Of a DNA stretch of 64,000 nt, positions 1-14,867 are shown piece after piece. This stretch comes from Octopus sinensis. Its lineage: Eukaryota. The stretch spans positions 9,176,001-9,240,000 of the forward strand of contig NC_043015.1 of assembly GCF_006345805.1 (NCBI RefSeq), given 5' to 3'. Under the pieces are notes generated by a model. It had not been told where the DNA came from and ran no database searches. It saw nothing but the letters and a program-made list of their open reading frames with translations. The translations under genes were made by a program, and so were the position numbers. Position 1 is the first letter of the stretch, and each line of letters begins with the position of its first letter.

Positions 1-399
1 ACAAATGTTCAGGTGTAATTAGCAATGAATGTCATGCATATAATATCATTATAAATCATTGCGTACATCATAAATACTATACCGCGCAATACGGATTCGC
101 GTGGATTAGTGGTTATAGAATTATACTTATTGTAAGACTGTGGTTTCAATTCCGGTACCGGGCCACATATTGTGTTCTTGTACAAACCACTCCGTTGCAC
201 ATGGGATATATGAGCATATGTTTCAGGAAGGATAATGGATCCACTTTCTTATAACAATTGTAAATTGGTTTTCTTAATCTTATGAATCGATTTTAGGCAA
301 TCAGTCTCTCTCTTGAAACACAATCAGGACAAGCTAAAATTATTTTAGGTATTCGTTATTGGCACCTCTTTTTTGATATCTCTTATATAAAATCCGTTC

Positions 400-800
400 T
401 GTGTACGTGTGTTTGTGTGTGTGTGAGTGTGTGTGTGTATGGCTTCTAGGATCCTGGGCATCCTCCATCCGATTGCGCTCAAATTGGATATGTAGACACC
501 GACGGTGTCAGGGCGTGTACAAGTCTTGAAAATATTACAAAAATCGATCCCAGGTGAGAATACGATCGATAAAGCCGTGGGAAATCGTTTTACTTTGGAA
601 TAGAAAAAATCTATCTTTATTTCTTCTTTTGCTGGTGTCTCAAATTTAGATTAAATCAGTGTTTCTCACAGGGGAGGCCTATGGTTCGGTCGGTCAAGTT
701 GTTTTGAGTAAATTTTGTTGAAAGGTTTGACAACTCAGTACCGTCCATTGGACGGGGGACGTTTTGCTCGTAATTTTATATTTGCAGTTCTAATTAACTT
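400..800. mobile_element. Possible non-autonomous Helentron-associated (DINE/HINE-like) element
   Basis: (TG)n tract followed by GTATGGCTT and a CCGATTGCGCTCAAATTGGATATG motif (469-492) resembling DINE-type cores; a similar (TG)n-GTATGGCTT start occurs near 22380-22430. Boundaries uncertain. Confidence 0.3.
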
Positions 801-1750
801 TGATGTGATTTCATGAACTTTATTGCATAAATCAAAGAGAGAATTGTTTCCATTTTAGGCGTTCTACTTCTCGTTGTATTTATCGCATTTTACATTCGGT
901 TCATGTTATAATTTTATGATATTCTTTCATGAAACTGCCGAAATGATAAAGCATCACAATCGTTATATTATCCTCAGGATCACTATTTTACAATGTCCAT
1001 GACCCAGGAAGGAAATAAATGTTTTATTAATATGTAAAAGGAGTTTTATAGAAATAAATGGAACAATAAAACAATCAACATTGAAGTAGACGTCAAGTTT
1101 TTCTCAGGTATAAGTATTGTCTACCTGATTTATGAAGCAATTATTGTATTGTGTTTCTATATGAAACAATTTTCATTGAAATAATGTATGTGTGTGTTTC
1201 TGTATATATATTCACACGCGTGCATTCGCACGCAGACACACACACGCACACACACACATAGACACACACCCACAGGTGGCATTCCTAAAGCACATCGGCA
1301 TTAAACTTCTGAGGGTGATCTACTGTATTAATATTACATTGCGTTGCATTTTTTTTAATTTTGTATTTGTCAGCATGACATATGAATAAAATTTTCAGTG
1401 AAGTAATCCTATCTTTAGAAATAAACATATATAATATATCATACGGACATGCATAAGCACATGCAAACACGCAAACAGTCACGTATATATAATCGTGCAT
1501 ATACTGGGTAAGTAATAATTATATTTTACACCCAAATCTACCAACGAACACATATTCTGTCGATTGTATCCAGCGTTGAAGCCCAAAAAACTCACACGAC
1601 AAAATCTTCTCTATATAGATCTATATATCAGAAGTTATTATTTTATGCTTCTATTTAGGATACGTGCAGTCACATGTGTTATTGATTAGTAACTTTCGCC
1701 CGTTTGTTATAAATTGGCATGGAGCTCTGAAGCAGAGAGCGCATAATATT

Positions 1751-2325
1751 ATTTTCTACTCTAGGCACAATACCCGAAAGTTTTTGGGAGGGGCGCCAGT
1801 CGATTAAATATAACACAATACGTAACTGGTACTTAATTTAGCGACCCCGAAAGGATCAAAGGCAAAGCCGTACTCGGCGGAATTTGAACTCAGAACGTAA
1901 ATGCAGACTAAATACCTATTTCTATTTATTTACTACCCAAAAGGCGATAAACACAGAGAGGACAAACAAGGACAGACAAACGGATTAAGTCGATTATATC
2001 AACCCAGTGTGTAACTGGTACTTATTTAATCGTCCCCGAAAGGATGAAAGGCAAATTCGACCTCGGCGGAATTTGAACTTAGAACGGAAACACAAACGAA
2101 ATACCTATTTCTTTACTACATTACAAGGGGCTAAACACGGAGAGGACAAACGGATTAAGTCGATTATATCGAAGCCAGTGCGTAACTGGTACTTATTTAA
2201 TCGACCCTGAAAAGATGAAAGGCAAAGTCAACCTCGGCGGAATTTGAACTCAGAACGTAGCGGCAGACGAAATCCCGCTAAGCATTTCGCCCGGTGTGCG
2301 ATCGTTTCTGCCAGCTCACTGCCTT
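1751..2325 (-). mobile_element. tRNA-derived SINE family A, trimeric copy
   Basis: Minus strand reads GGCAGTGAGCTGGCAGAAACG...GTTCTGAGTTCAAATTCCGCCGAGG...TTTCATCTTTTCAGGGTCGATTAAATAAGTACCAG. The core repeats three times (about 180 bp period). Homologous copies at 39325, 41100, 48873, 60138 and 63110. Confidence 0.9.
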
Positions 2326-4056
2326 AGAGATCGCATAATATTTTCATTAACTCACGCGTATTATATAATGTTGCTGCAATTCAGTCACATACATATGTGT
2401 CCTAGCCAATGTTGATGCAATTATAACCCCATCATTTCACCAATTGTCACTTACATAATGTCCAGTTGAGTAAAAAATGAAAGAAATAACAGGGAAACTA
2501 TTCATGTCCGCCTCCGCATAAACAGTTGAAATTTGAATAAAAAATATAATAGAAGCGTTGGATTCACTAGCGAGTGGCATATAAGCAAAGGAAATTAAAG
2601 AATACTAGCCATTACTGTGCAATAGAGCAATAGCCATGTCATTAAAAGCATACTGAAATTCTGCTTGCATCATCGGAGCACAACTTTGTTATCGACTCAA
2701 GCCTTAATTGCATCTAGATAAAATTGTGTTTAATTGTTTTTCCCTTGTATATTTTTTTTCCTTCTATATTTTATTCAAGTCGTTTCGTTCAAAGTTTTCC
2801 TTCATTGTATATTCTCAATAGGTAATAACATGCATTTGTATCGAGTCCTGTGCATCACTTCGCTCGCCGAAGGAGTTAATAAATATACATATATATATAT
2901 ATATATATAATATATATATATATTATATATATATATATATATATGGGTGTGTCTGTGTGTGTGTATGTGCGTGTCTATGTGTGTGTGTACTCAAACACAC
3001 TCGACATACACATATCGCACACGGCGCTCGGGAACATAAACAGTAAGAAACATAATTACGCTCATACATATAGACATATAGCGAAAAGAAAAAGGATGAA
3101 AACCATGCTATGTAGATGTCTGTTACAAAATGTTCATCTTTGATTTATACAATACGTGATATAATTAATAAAAAGTAATTTCATGCTGCGTTAACAAATA
3201 AATAAATAAGCATAGATACCCGCTTTCGTTTTTAATCTTACCAGCATTAGCCAAGAAATCCATTAACAATTTTTTCTCATCATCAGTTTCTGATTCGGTG
3301 AAGAGCCTTAATTAAGAGTTATATTAAATAATGAGTTAATATAAAAAAAAATTTTTCAAATCTTGTTATCATTTGGAAGTTATGTGTAAAGAAATGTTCG
3401 AAGAGAATTTCCCGCAATAGCAGTGCCCACCTAAGTTATGATCACTTACATCAAAGTTCAGTTTCTTCGGGTCATAGTATTACAACGATGAAATGAATAC
3501 TTTACTCAAAGGAATGCTCCTTTGTATGTTCGTGTTACAAAATAAAAACGAAATTGAAGGTACTGACTAACGGAAAATATATGCGAATGTATGATCTTTG
3601 TACTAAAGTGTATAAACTATGTAGGCATATATTCTTTATGGAGAAATCTATACATTTGTAACTAGGTATTAATATATTACCGATGAAACATGCTGTAAGG
3701 ATATGCATAGAAAAAATTACATTTCAATAAACATTAAATATATATCAGTGCAATTTAATTTTATGTTTTACTATATGAGCTTTTCATGCATCAGCATAAA
3801 ACGGTTTGTATGCACGTAATTCTAAATAGCTTTTACAGGCGATACACACAATAACATAAATTAACTTCGTCACATAGATATAATCAGCGGCTATTGAAAC
3901 AGTATTAAAGTCATTTTATACATGAAAGAATTGGGCATATCAATCAAATATATGATGGTACTTATTGCATATAATATATCATGCTATATACTTTATTTTA
4001 CATCACCTGTGCATATTTTATTACTGTATCTCTAAGGAATTACATGAGGGACAAAT

Positions 4057-4136
<80 letters not shown>

Positions 4137-4354
4137 TGTGTGTGGTGTGTTATTTAGAACATTCCTTTCTTAGTGGTAAGGCCATAACGGATCTTCTTCT
4201 AGCATAATGTATGCCCACTTACAGGTCCATCACTGTTATGTGTATGTAATATAATTTTTTCTGAAACTTCAGATTTTTCAATATGATATATCACTGGTTT
4301 TAAATTGATATTAATCAAATTAATATTCAATTTTCACCCTTATTATTTTAAATG

Positions 4355-4478
4355 TGTGTGTATATATATATATATATATATAATATATATATATATAATC
4401 TCTCTCCATATATATATATATAATATATATAATATATAAATATACATATATATATATATATATAACTATACATATATA

Positions 4479-4570
<92 letters not shown>

Positions 4571-4590
4571 ATATACATATAAATACATAC
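4355..4590. repeat. (TA)n microsatellite
   Basis: Long imperfect TA dinucleotide run; source of the YIYI-type ORFs. Confidence 0.95.
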
Positions 4591-4598
4591 ATATACAA

Positions 4599-5190
4599 GA
4601 GATGCAAGTAAATCATTGACGCAAATGTATATAACCAGACCTACATGGCTACCGTGAGGATTTAGAGTCAAATGTACTCTTTGTTACATACCACTATTGG
4701 ATTCATATATATGCAAAATCGAATTACTGAATTTAAATGGAAACTGAAATAAGTGAATCACGCGATATATGGATATATATATTCTAACACAAACGTGTAT
4801 ATATAAAGGGGCAACAAAATACCATATAGAGAAAATAATGAATGGGAAAATACATTGATAGTTTTTTATACAGTGGTACTTATATCATTGCTTTGAATAT
4901 ATTTGGGTCATATTCTTTAATTCATATTTCCAGTCCATTCTGTAGTTTTGTATCTGTAATTAATCACGTGAGTATCAAAAAGAAAATATATATGTATATG
5001 CGTATATACATGTAAATCACGTGAGACACGTCTTTCAGGTTCCGTTTCAATTCTGTATAAATTCAGTACTTCGATAGTGCATATATATAAATCTAGTAGT
5101 GTTCTTTGGCAAAGAGTGGATTTGACTCAAAATTCCAACGGTAGCCATGTCTGGTTATATACATTTGCGTCAATATTTTACTTGCATCTC
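4599..5190. mobile_element. MITE-like element with ~137-bp imperfect terminal inverted repeats
   Basis: 4599-4735 (GAGATGCAAGTAAATCATTGACGCAAATGTATATAACCAGAC...) is the imperfect reverse complement of 5058-5190 (...GTCTGGTTATATACATTTGCGTCAATATTTTACTTGCATCTC). Non-coding spacer of about 320 bp. Confidence 0.7.
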
Positions 5191-6004
5191 ATATGCTATA
5201 GAAACGATGCACTAAATAGCACAGAGAAACTACGATCCGCCCAAGTGACCGACGTCTCTTACAACAGAATGGTCGCATTTGGAGGGACAAAACTTGCAAC
5301 ATAATCAATGAATAGATACATTCGTTGTCTACATTTCATTGATTTTAACATATGCAGTATTATGCAAAGCTTCGTGCAAATATGTAATTTTATACACCCT
5401 TAAGTATTTTTGCCGTATGCACATATATAGAATAGCCTGTAACAATATATAAGGCATTATGAACATTTTCAAATATGAAAAAGAAACTGCATAGAAAATA
5501 TATTAGCAACTTTTATGTTATTGTATATTTACCCGTAAAGCAAAAAATATTAGATATATCTGAAATTCTCTTTCTGTATGTGGGCTTGGAAAATTCTAAA
5601 AGCTTCTAACATCAAAGATCCTTACGAGACGATGGAGACAATCACACGGTATTAATTCATGACAAGTACACGCAAACAGTTGGTGATCAATTTCTTTGGC
5701 AGATATGCATGAAAGAAATTCGTGTTTACAAGGCAAGTATGTAATAGAGATATATGAATATATATATAACATATATAAATATACGTATATCTATATACAT
5801 ATATGTGTCAGAGAGTGTTGGAATGAGAGTGAAAGGACAAAAGGAGATATATACTATAGTGCACAGTACAAAGAGTTTTCGATATGCTGCTAATCTCATG
5901 ACCTTACGTGTTCTTCCGCAATTTATTGTTTTCAAACTGAATCATTTCTACAAGCATAAACGCAGTCAGTCGTACGCATATGAAATGGAAAACGTCTTTA
6001 TATA

Positions 6005-6073
6005 TATGTAGATATAAATATATACATAGATAAATAGATAGACAGATAGATAGATAGAAAAATAGATAGATAT

Positions 6074-6148
<75 letters not shown>

Positions 6149-6150
6149 TA
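6005..6150. repeat. (GATA)n microsatellite
   Basis: Direct reading of tandem GATA/TAGA units. Confidence 0.95.
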
Positions 6151-8554
6151 ACTTCAAGTGAGTTAGAGGTTCTGAATCCAACCAACTAATGGATGATATC
6201 TATCCAATATACTACTGTTAGAATACCCAATCATTAATACACACGTGTTTTTTCGTTGCAAGGAAATTACACTACTGAATGTAATAAATGAATCACGGTA
6301 AATAGTTGTTTTACTCGTAATTTATACGGCAATAAGAAAATACATACATACACTACATACATAGATACCATGTTGATGTTGTTGAAATTCCAATGAAGTA
6401 GCGTAAGATCTAGGATAGAAACCTTCTCATTCACTCTTCGCAAGAAATCGTGAACTCAAAACCTAATAATGACATACATATATACGAATACGGATTCAAT
6501 TCGGTAGTCTTATGCAGTTTGTCAACTGCTTTCTATCACAGATCGGGGTTTAACCAGTGTTCATCTCACTGTTTATGCCTTTCTTATTATACCCCAAATG
6601 TATATGTATATGTTGTATGATATGGGTTTTATTTTATAATATTTTAGTATAGAAACTAAATGATAAACGAGCTACCTCATATGGCTACAAACATTACATC
6701 ATTAAACATATTTCTTTAAATCTTATAGGAAATTGCACTTAATTCTAGTTATCTGACCTTCCAAATCTTCCATTGTTCAAACTAATTTTCATGCTCGCAA
6801 AATGCATGAGAAAGACAATGGCTATTCCCTTAACTCCAGTTCGTTTTAATCTACATTAAGTGTACGTAACTTCTTTGTGTACCACTAATTGATTTTGAGG
6901 GTGTAAATCAACAATAATAAAGAAAATAAGCAAGCTGGCAATAATTATGCGTGAACATTCTGTAATACAATTTATACATACAGATCTAATGATTATTTGC
7001 ATAGGTATCTATGTCTTTGTAATTAGCTACCTGTTTTGTCAATGCATTCTTTTGTAAAAACAAAACAACGAAATGTTTCTAATTATCTATTTCAAAGTAG
7101 CTGAAACAATAGAGAAAATAATCCCTCCATTTTTACAACAGAGCTTCCACATTTCGTATTAATGAAACGCTTGTACGAAGTTCATAAGTCGTTGAAATAT
7201 CTTCACATAATTTTTTTTTTTTTTAACTGAGCAAGGAAATTATTTCGTACAAATTATTTCGTATCTCCCGCCTTTGAAATCTAATGACATACGTATTGTA
7301 GGTATTTAATGGCGTCTGTCAGTTTAAAAAAAACATTATTGAATATTAGATACTTAAACAGTGTTCTTTGGAAATACATATTCGGATGGGTAAAAAATGT
7401 CACCAGGGATATATAATTTCAGGTCGAATTGTTTATTTACAATGTGTTAAAAATGTAATAAATTCTGAATCTAAATAAGTACGTTATGACCCTCGTATTC
7501 CACAGTATATAAGAAAAGCCCATAAAGGCTAACGTTATTTCATGATACAGGTAATATAGAGCGACACGAGCATAAATCCTTCTTATTTTGTTATTCGTAA
7601 ATATAGACAGCGTTCGTTATGAATACGCGAATGATTGTACAGCAAGAAAATAAATCACACTACACTGCAGATTCGGCATTTTTAGTTGTAGAAACTCATG
7701 AATAAAGGGACTGTTTTGGTATATGATACATACGATGGTTAGTGTTATCATGAACAAGGAATTCTGTACCTTCTTTATAACAACATCTCTAGGATATTTA
7801 AATCCCGCTACGATAAGTACCGTCATTTTGGAGAGGATCTAATATACTACTAGTAATAAAATATTTACTATTGATTTGGAACTTTGCATAAACGAGCTAC
7901 CTCAGTTAAAGAAAAAAAAAACCTCTAATTTTTATAATATGGAACCCTACTCAACAAGTGTTTAGCTCACTAAAAAAAGAGATGTATCAGACAAATCGGA
8001 AACACAAACTTCCTAAAGGCGGTCCCTCTAAATATAAGGAAATAGTACTTCACTCATTGCAAGTCTGAAGCAAAGATGAAATGCATAATATATGTTATCC
8101 TGTGTATGGATAACATATAAATGAAAGTTGTAAGTAATCAGCATCGAACGTCATTTAGATTTAGAAGGATATTGCCTTCTAATACTGTATACTGGGGTAA
8201 GATATTGAAATCGTTTGAAGGATTGATTAATAATGTAAAAAGATAATACGTAAAAATGTGAATCAACAGTATTTTTTCATGTACAACAAAGATAATGCTA
8301 AAATCGTTGTAAATCGTTGACCACTATAATATTAAAATTACAATAATTATTACGTACACTATGAAAATTAACAAGCATCAGACACTAAAAATTCCATGAT
8401 ATGCATCAGAAATAAGAGGTTAGTGAAGCATGAAGTGAAATATATGTTTCGCCTGAAACGCAACAGGTATTAAACTAACATATTCTACATGGCGGTTTAT
8501 TCCTGCAGTATAAAAAGATATTAAAAAGGAGTTGGACGCATGCGATCACATTTT

Positions 8555-8981
8555 TTTATCCTTTCACCTGTTTCAGTCATTTGACTGCAGCCATGCTGGA
8601 GCACCGCCTTTTACTCGAGCAAATCAACCCCAGGACTTATTCTTTGTAGGCCTAGTACTCATTCCATTGGTCCCTTTCGCTGAACCGCTAAGTTATGGGG
8701 ACGTAAACACACACAATCACCAGCATCGGTTGTGAAGCGATATTGTGGGGACGAACACATACTCACAAACATACACACACACATACACACAGATGTATAT
8801 ATATATACATATATACGATGGGATTCTTTCAGTTTCCGTCTACCAAATCCACTCACAAGGTTTTTGATGGGCCCGAGGTTATAGTAGAAGACACTTGCCC
8901 AATGTGCCACGCAGTGGGACTGAACTCGGAACCATATGGTTGGTAAGCAAGCTACTTATCACACAGCTACACCTGCGCCTA
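8555..8981 (-). mobile_element. tRNA-derived SINE family B (octopus OR-type)
   Basis: Minus strand GGCGCAGGTGTAGCTGTGTGATAAGTAGCTTGC...GGTTCCGAGTTCAGTCCCACTGCGTGGC (A/B-box-like head), internal CA/TA repeat, 3' end GGCGGTGCTCCAGCATGGCTGCAGTCAAATGACTGAAAC. Closely matches 34975-35372. Confidence 0.9.
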
Positions 8982-10307
8982 CATTAGAAACAAATATGAA
9001 GAATGTCGACCGAGTTACATGTTTTGCAGCCATTGTGATGAAAAGTTCGTCTGGCTTTTGCGAATATTATAGGGTTTTCGTGGATGGGAGAAAATATTTT
9101 TCGAGTTCACTTCCATTGTTAATTTAAGTCCATCCGATGAAATACGTGATAAAATAATTGTACATATAATTAGTTAGTTTGAAGCAAAATACTACACAAA
9201 TACACAGCAACTTACTCATGAATCTAATATATGTTTGCAATATTTATCATCTTTGCAATCACAAAAGCTAACTGCGTGCTATTGTAGTGCTCCCAAATTA
9301 AAGAAAAGGTTTTTGTTTATTTCCAAATTATGATACAATGTTTCATTAACACCCGGTGATTCACTGAGAAATTTTTCATACAATCAATATAAATATAGTT
9401 CTTGATCACACACATGTTCAAGTATATGGACTACACTTACATACCGAAGTCTGTTTTCAGACACGCAATGTATATTTGATCTATATGAGACTCCTTTATA
9501 GATATCGTTGGGGAACAGATGCTGTTCACAAACAAATTAGACGTCATGGTCTTCCGTTCATGAGCGCTCATAAATTTGCCATGCGCAGGAGATTTTAACT
9601 CCGATGTCATAACATTGTTTCAGGACATTCATTTGCTGTTTTGTGAGGCAGATTTCCTGTGCTGACGCATCACTCAAATACAAATGTTAAGTGCCCGATT
9701 GCTTTAGCCTTGGATACCTTGTCACCCTGTTCGATCCATATTCACCACGTTTCCATTAATGGCCTTTCATATTATCACTTCCATACTGTTCTGTCTTCAG
9801 TATCATGAAGGGCAGATTTACCATTATACATACAAATGTATATGTCACGTGAAAAATATCGATTTTCTTTAATATTCTGTTTTGCCATCCGGAATACATC
9901 ACGTCTCTCATTCTAATTAATATGACTGAGTTGTCACTCTGAAGCGTCAATTAGTGATGAATCTAAGGTGTGTGCTCACCAGACCAGCTACTTATTCATT
10001 TGATTCTTGTTTTGCTGAAGGCATTTTTTTACCACCAAATTCCAGCAAATTTTGTCGCCCTGCATTGCCAGAAACTAATTCGTAACTTCCATAGTGGAGC
10101 TCATTGTAATGCTGACCTGCCTACTTGTCGATGTTACCAGTCAAGGTAAGATCAATACACTTCTGCATTGAAGCGTACTAGAAATGAGATGAGTAAATTT
10201 TACTAATATATCTCGTGGTCAAACGCGTGAAAGATATACAGTAACTTTATGTATTATATGTACATGCACTAAACTAACTTGAGTACTTGCTCAAACAGAC
10301 ATGCATG

Positions 10308-10308
10308 G

Positions 10309-10344
<36 letters not shown>

Positions 10345-10348
10345 TTAT

Positions 10349-10389
<41 letters not shown>

Positions 10390-10480
10390 TATATTTATAG
10401 ATATATATATACATATATATATATATATGCATACATATATATACATACGTATATATATATGCGTTTCTATATATTATATA
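10308..10480. repeat. (TA)n microsatellite
   Basis: Imperfect TA run. Confidence 0.95.
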
Positions 10481-11905
10481 TATTCGCATTTATATAAACA
10501 TACGCACACACATATATAAGCAAACATATACACAAACATATACACAATTATACAAATATTTGTGCACGTGTGTTTCTCACTGTTTGTGTGTGTGTGCGTG
10601 TGTCCGCGTGCGTGTTCATAAAATGTACAGAACCACACGCGTAAACACACAGGCATTCATATATTTTTTGAATACATTTTGATAGTTGGACATATAACAA
10701 GGAGTAAAAGACATTGAGTTAAGTGCTCATTTGCTTAAACAAATTAAAATATTTCCTCTTTTGCAAAACTATGAAATGTATTTGTTCAAAATAAAAAGAT
10801 TACACATGTAGCAGCCATGCATGGCTTATATATCATATTTTTCTGCATTTTATTTTTCTATTTTTTATTTTCAATTCAAAACGGACATTCAAATTATTTC
10901 TCTGCAAGCAGAGCGATTACATATTGGCTTAAGCATAAACATTAACTCACAGATTATTTAAATCAGACACAACTGATAACATAACATTTTAGTTGTTTAG
11001 GTTAATATTTAAAATTACGTCTCTAGTCGTGATCTCATGTCACAGTCCACTGGAGAAATGCAGTGAACTGTTGGACATTGTCCCTTGATCTGTTCAGGTT
11101 TTTAAAATTCAAGCTGGGTTTAAGCAAATATAAAATAAAACAGCATAATATTGTCTGCTTCAATTTAGAATTGCAACATTTGCTAATATCTATGCTTGTT
11201 CCATAGTTGTGCGGATACATTTCAAGCAGACTCGCATGCAACATCCGTCTCACATATATGTGTGCGCTTATTTATATTGGTGCATGTGTAAATGTGTATA
11301 CGTATATTTGATCGTATACATGTGTGTAAGTGTCTATCAATAACTACACTTTTGAAAATATATCTAAAGTGAACATTGTTATGTTGCACGTTCGAATGTC
11401 CTCTACTCAACTCGCCTCTGCTCTCCTACTCCGACTGCTACTCAACTCCTACCGCTACTCTGCTAATCTGCTCTGTTGTAGTATACAGCAATATTGATAG
11501 AGGAAAAGGAAGACAAAAAATTCAGTTAAAGACAACACAAGATTTCCAATATATTCACCAATATAAACTTTTATCCTTATTTGCGTTACTAATCAACTGA
11601 TGTGAATATGTGATCTTTTCGTGGAATTTGAGTTCTATTCCATACACAAAGACGGTGCAACTTGTTCCCGTACTTTCAATTTTTAAACATTGTTTGCATT
11701 ATCCCAACTTACTCACATACTCACTCTCTCTCTCTCTTTCTCTCTCTTTCTCTGAAATTCTGACACACAGACACCCGCGTTCACGTACGAGCTAATATAC
11801 AGGAATCCCTCGACAATCCGGATGTTACGTTCCAGAAACCCCGTGATAGGTGAGTAGTGACATGGCGAGGGATTAGAGTATATATACATATAGGCGTATA
11901 TAACC

Positions 11906-11955
<50 letters not shown>

Positions 11956-12419
11956 TATATATATATACATATACATATTTTATACTTCCGACGAATGGGA
12001 ACGTGAAGTTTGAGTTTTTGTGAGTCATTGCAGCTTGATTCATAAAGCATATTACTCTACCTCGGTATTCGAGTACTGCCATTTTTCACATTGTTTCACA
12101 TTTATGCAAAGGCGAAATATGTCGCGCCATCAAAATAAGGGTAGACGTACATCGTTAAGCTGTGACATTATGGGATATTGACAAATCGGGTATAGATGAT
12201 CATGTATGGAAAAACTGAGGCCATCTCCTCCTGTGGGATGGAGTTAAAATAATTGACACAAAACACCACTGAAAATACGAAATTTAAAGGAAGCAGCACA
12301 TATGCACATATGCTAAGCAGTTCGAGTGCAGATATGAGTAGAATATGGGAACCGGTATTAAGGAATAATAGGAAAATATTAGATTTATAAGCCTTAAAAT
12401 TCACTCCATAATTGCCCAC

Positions 12420-12470
12420 GGACATATGGCGTAGTGGTTAAGAGCGCAGGCTACTAACCCCAAGATTCCT
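12420..12470 (+). mobile_element. Truncated tRNA-derived SINE head (family D)
   Basis: GGACATATGGCGTAGTGGTTAAGAGCGCAGGCTACTAACCCCAAGATTCC: perfect A box (12427-12437), breaks off before the B box. Homologous to 30958-31006. Confidence 0.75.
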
Positions 12471-12582
12471 AGCCTTATAAGCTTTACAATAGATGTTTTC
12501 CATAATGGCATCAAAAATGCCGATGCGTGGTCTAATAAGGGCATATGATCGGATGAAATCAGTTTTCTTTCGCTTATCATTA

Positions 12583-12715
12583 TTATTAATATTATTATTG
12601 TTGTTGTCGTTGTGTTGTTGTTGTTGTTGTTGTTGTTATTATTATTATTATTATTATATTATTATTATTATAATTATTAATATAATAATTATTATTATTA
12701 TTGTTGTTGTTGTTT

Positions 12716-12747
<32 letters not shown>

Positions 12748-12790
12748 ATTATTATTATGATTATTATTATTATTATTATTATTATTAATA
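12583..12790. repeat. Compound (ATT)n/(GTT)n microsatellite
   Basis: Alternating ATT and GTT triplet blocks. Confidence 0.95.
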
Positions 12791-14294
12791 TGCAAAACTA
12801 ATATATATGAAAGAGCTCATATTGAATAATTCAGAATATGTATTTCCGGAAGCAAGACATAACTGACTGATACGCTCGTTCGAAGTATTAAAATGGGAAA
12901 AAAATTGCAATAAGAACATAGCAGTGTCTTCCTTTTAGCATGTTTAAAAATGTTATTTCTAAGAGGCATATATACAAATCTATTTACATACCTATCTAGC
13001 TGTACAAACACACACACACACAGACACGCATACACGAATTATAATACACACACACACATATAAACACACTCTGAAAATCACACACACGGACACAGGGTGG
13101 GGTAGCTAAAAAAGGTTTCTGGCTTTCGGGAGGCCTAAATTTCTGAGTTCTTTTACAAGGCTTATAGTTATAAAAGTGAAGGACCGCTGGAATAATTTTG
13201 TGAATTTGAGAGGGAAATATGTTCAAGAAAATCAGAATTAACTGAGCCTCGTGTATTTTCTTTACTCAATGCCATGTAATTCTCAGCACCTACTTACATA
13301 AACATATACATATATAAATAAATATCAATAAATTTATATGTATTCTTTTATTGTGTTAACCTTTTACTTGATTCAGTCATTTGACTGCGGCCATGATAAA
13401 ACTATTTATTGGTGCGCATCCATACATTTTCGTTTCTAACAAAAAATTTTAAACCATGTTATTTTTCCTATAAAAAAATGGCTAGCATATGAAAAGAAAA
13501 AAAATATGTATTTTAATCTGTTATCGACACTTTGTTAAACATGTCTCCTAACATGGTCGAATTTTCTGAATGTATAAATTAATATTGTAATTTTCTAGAC
13601 ATGTGTTCACCTGAAGTGATAACTTCACGAACGATGTTTATCCTAGACTTAAGTATTGCTCGTTAAAATATTTGTGCTTATTTTTCTGTTGATGAAATCG
13701 ATTATGAAGAAGGAAAATTAAACAAGTATTACTACTATGAAAATTGGAAATATTTGAAACATTTCTTTACAATTAAATACAAAACATATTGATTATATTT
13801 TCACCGGTTTTGTTTTAATTATGGGCAGCAAATCAAATATGTAAACACTCCTACACTTGTTTAAAATTATTCTTTTGGTGCTTAATGTTTGCAAATGTAT
13901 TTTTTAAATTATTAATTGAATTAATATTATATTAAATTTCTAACTTTAATTAGTTTTAAGCATTCGAAACATCAGAAAGCATGATGCAATATGAGAATTC
14001 ATTCAAATTATGATATTCAAACAGATTTTTCACGAAACGGACACACGTGCTTCCTGTGATACTCCATTGCTCTTACGCTAATGGTGTGGATAGGATTTTT
14101 CCAATTCTCTGTAATTCGGACCGGTGAAACTTATGATATAATATTTATAACGGGTTCTCATATGCACTATTTATTACGTTACTGATATCGAACAAAAAAG
14201 TTTCCTTCGGCTCCATAGTTAGTGTCTTGTTTTATGACTCACACGGAGAATGATACAGAGACACAAATGCATCAATCCCACGACATGCCTATAC

Positions 14295-14376
<82 letters not shown>

Positions 14377-14551
14377 GAATATTACATAAAACAAAGATAC
14401 AAAAGTTGAAAGGACGTACACAAGAATTATACTAGCATGATGCTCCTTAAAAGATGGAAGAAAGATTGATTATATAAGAGGAAATTCTAGAGGACAAAGC
14501 ACATGTGCGGTTACAAGATGATACACACAAACACACATACACATACACACA

Positions 14552-14593
<42 letters not shown>

Positions 14594-14827
14594 TACACTT
14601 ATCGTAATGCATATATATAATTATATGCTTATGCATATGTGTACATAAATATATATACATTTCTGTAGTTCGTTATGATATGTGCTCTGCGCCTACATGA
14701 GGATTATGTTTCAGCTTTCTCATCATTTGAAACTATCGGTAGCGCTTTAATACATGTATTGAGACCTTTATATAAATATTTATCTCTCATTAAATGGAGT
14801 ACTTCTTTGTAAAATTTTCTGTCATGG

Positions 14828-14867
<40 letters not shown>

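Noticed and set aside
4348-4671. Long YIYI/CVCV/poly-I/poly-N ORFs here and throughout the track
   Set aside because: Translations of (TA)n, (TG)n, (AAT)n and similar microsatellites; no coding signal.
10021-10145. Possible exon (pyrimidine tract-AG acceptor, AAG/GTAAGA donor, one open frame AFFYHQIPANF...)
   Set aside because: Peptide not recognisable and no partner exons found; needs RNA-seq or tBLASTn.
12420-12470. Possible tRNA gene
   Set aside because: Lacks the T arm/B box and acceptor stem; homologous to the SINE head at 30958.
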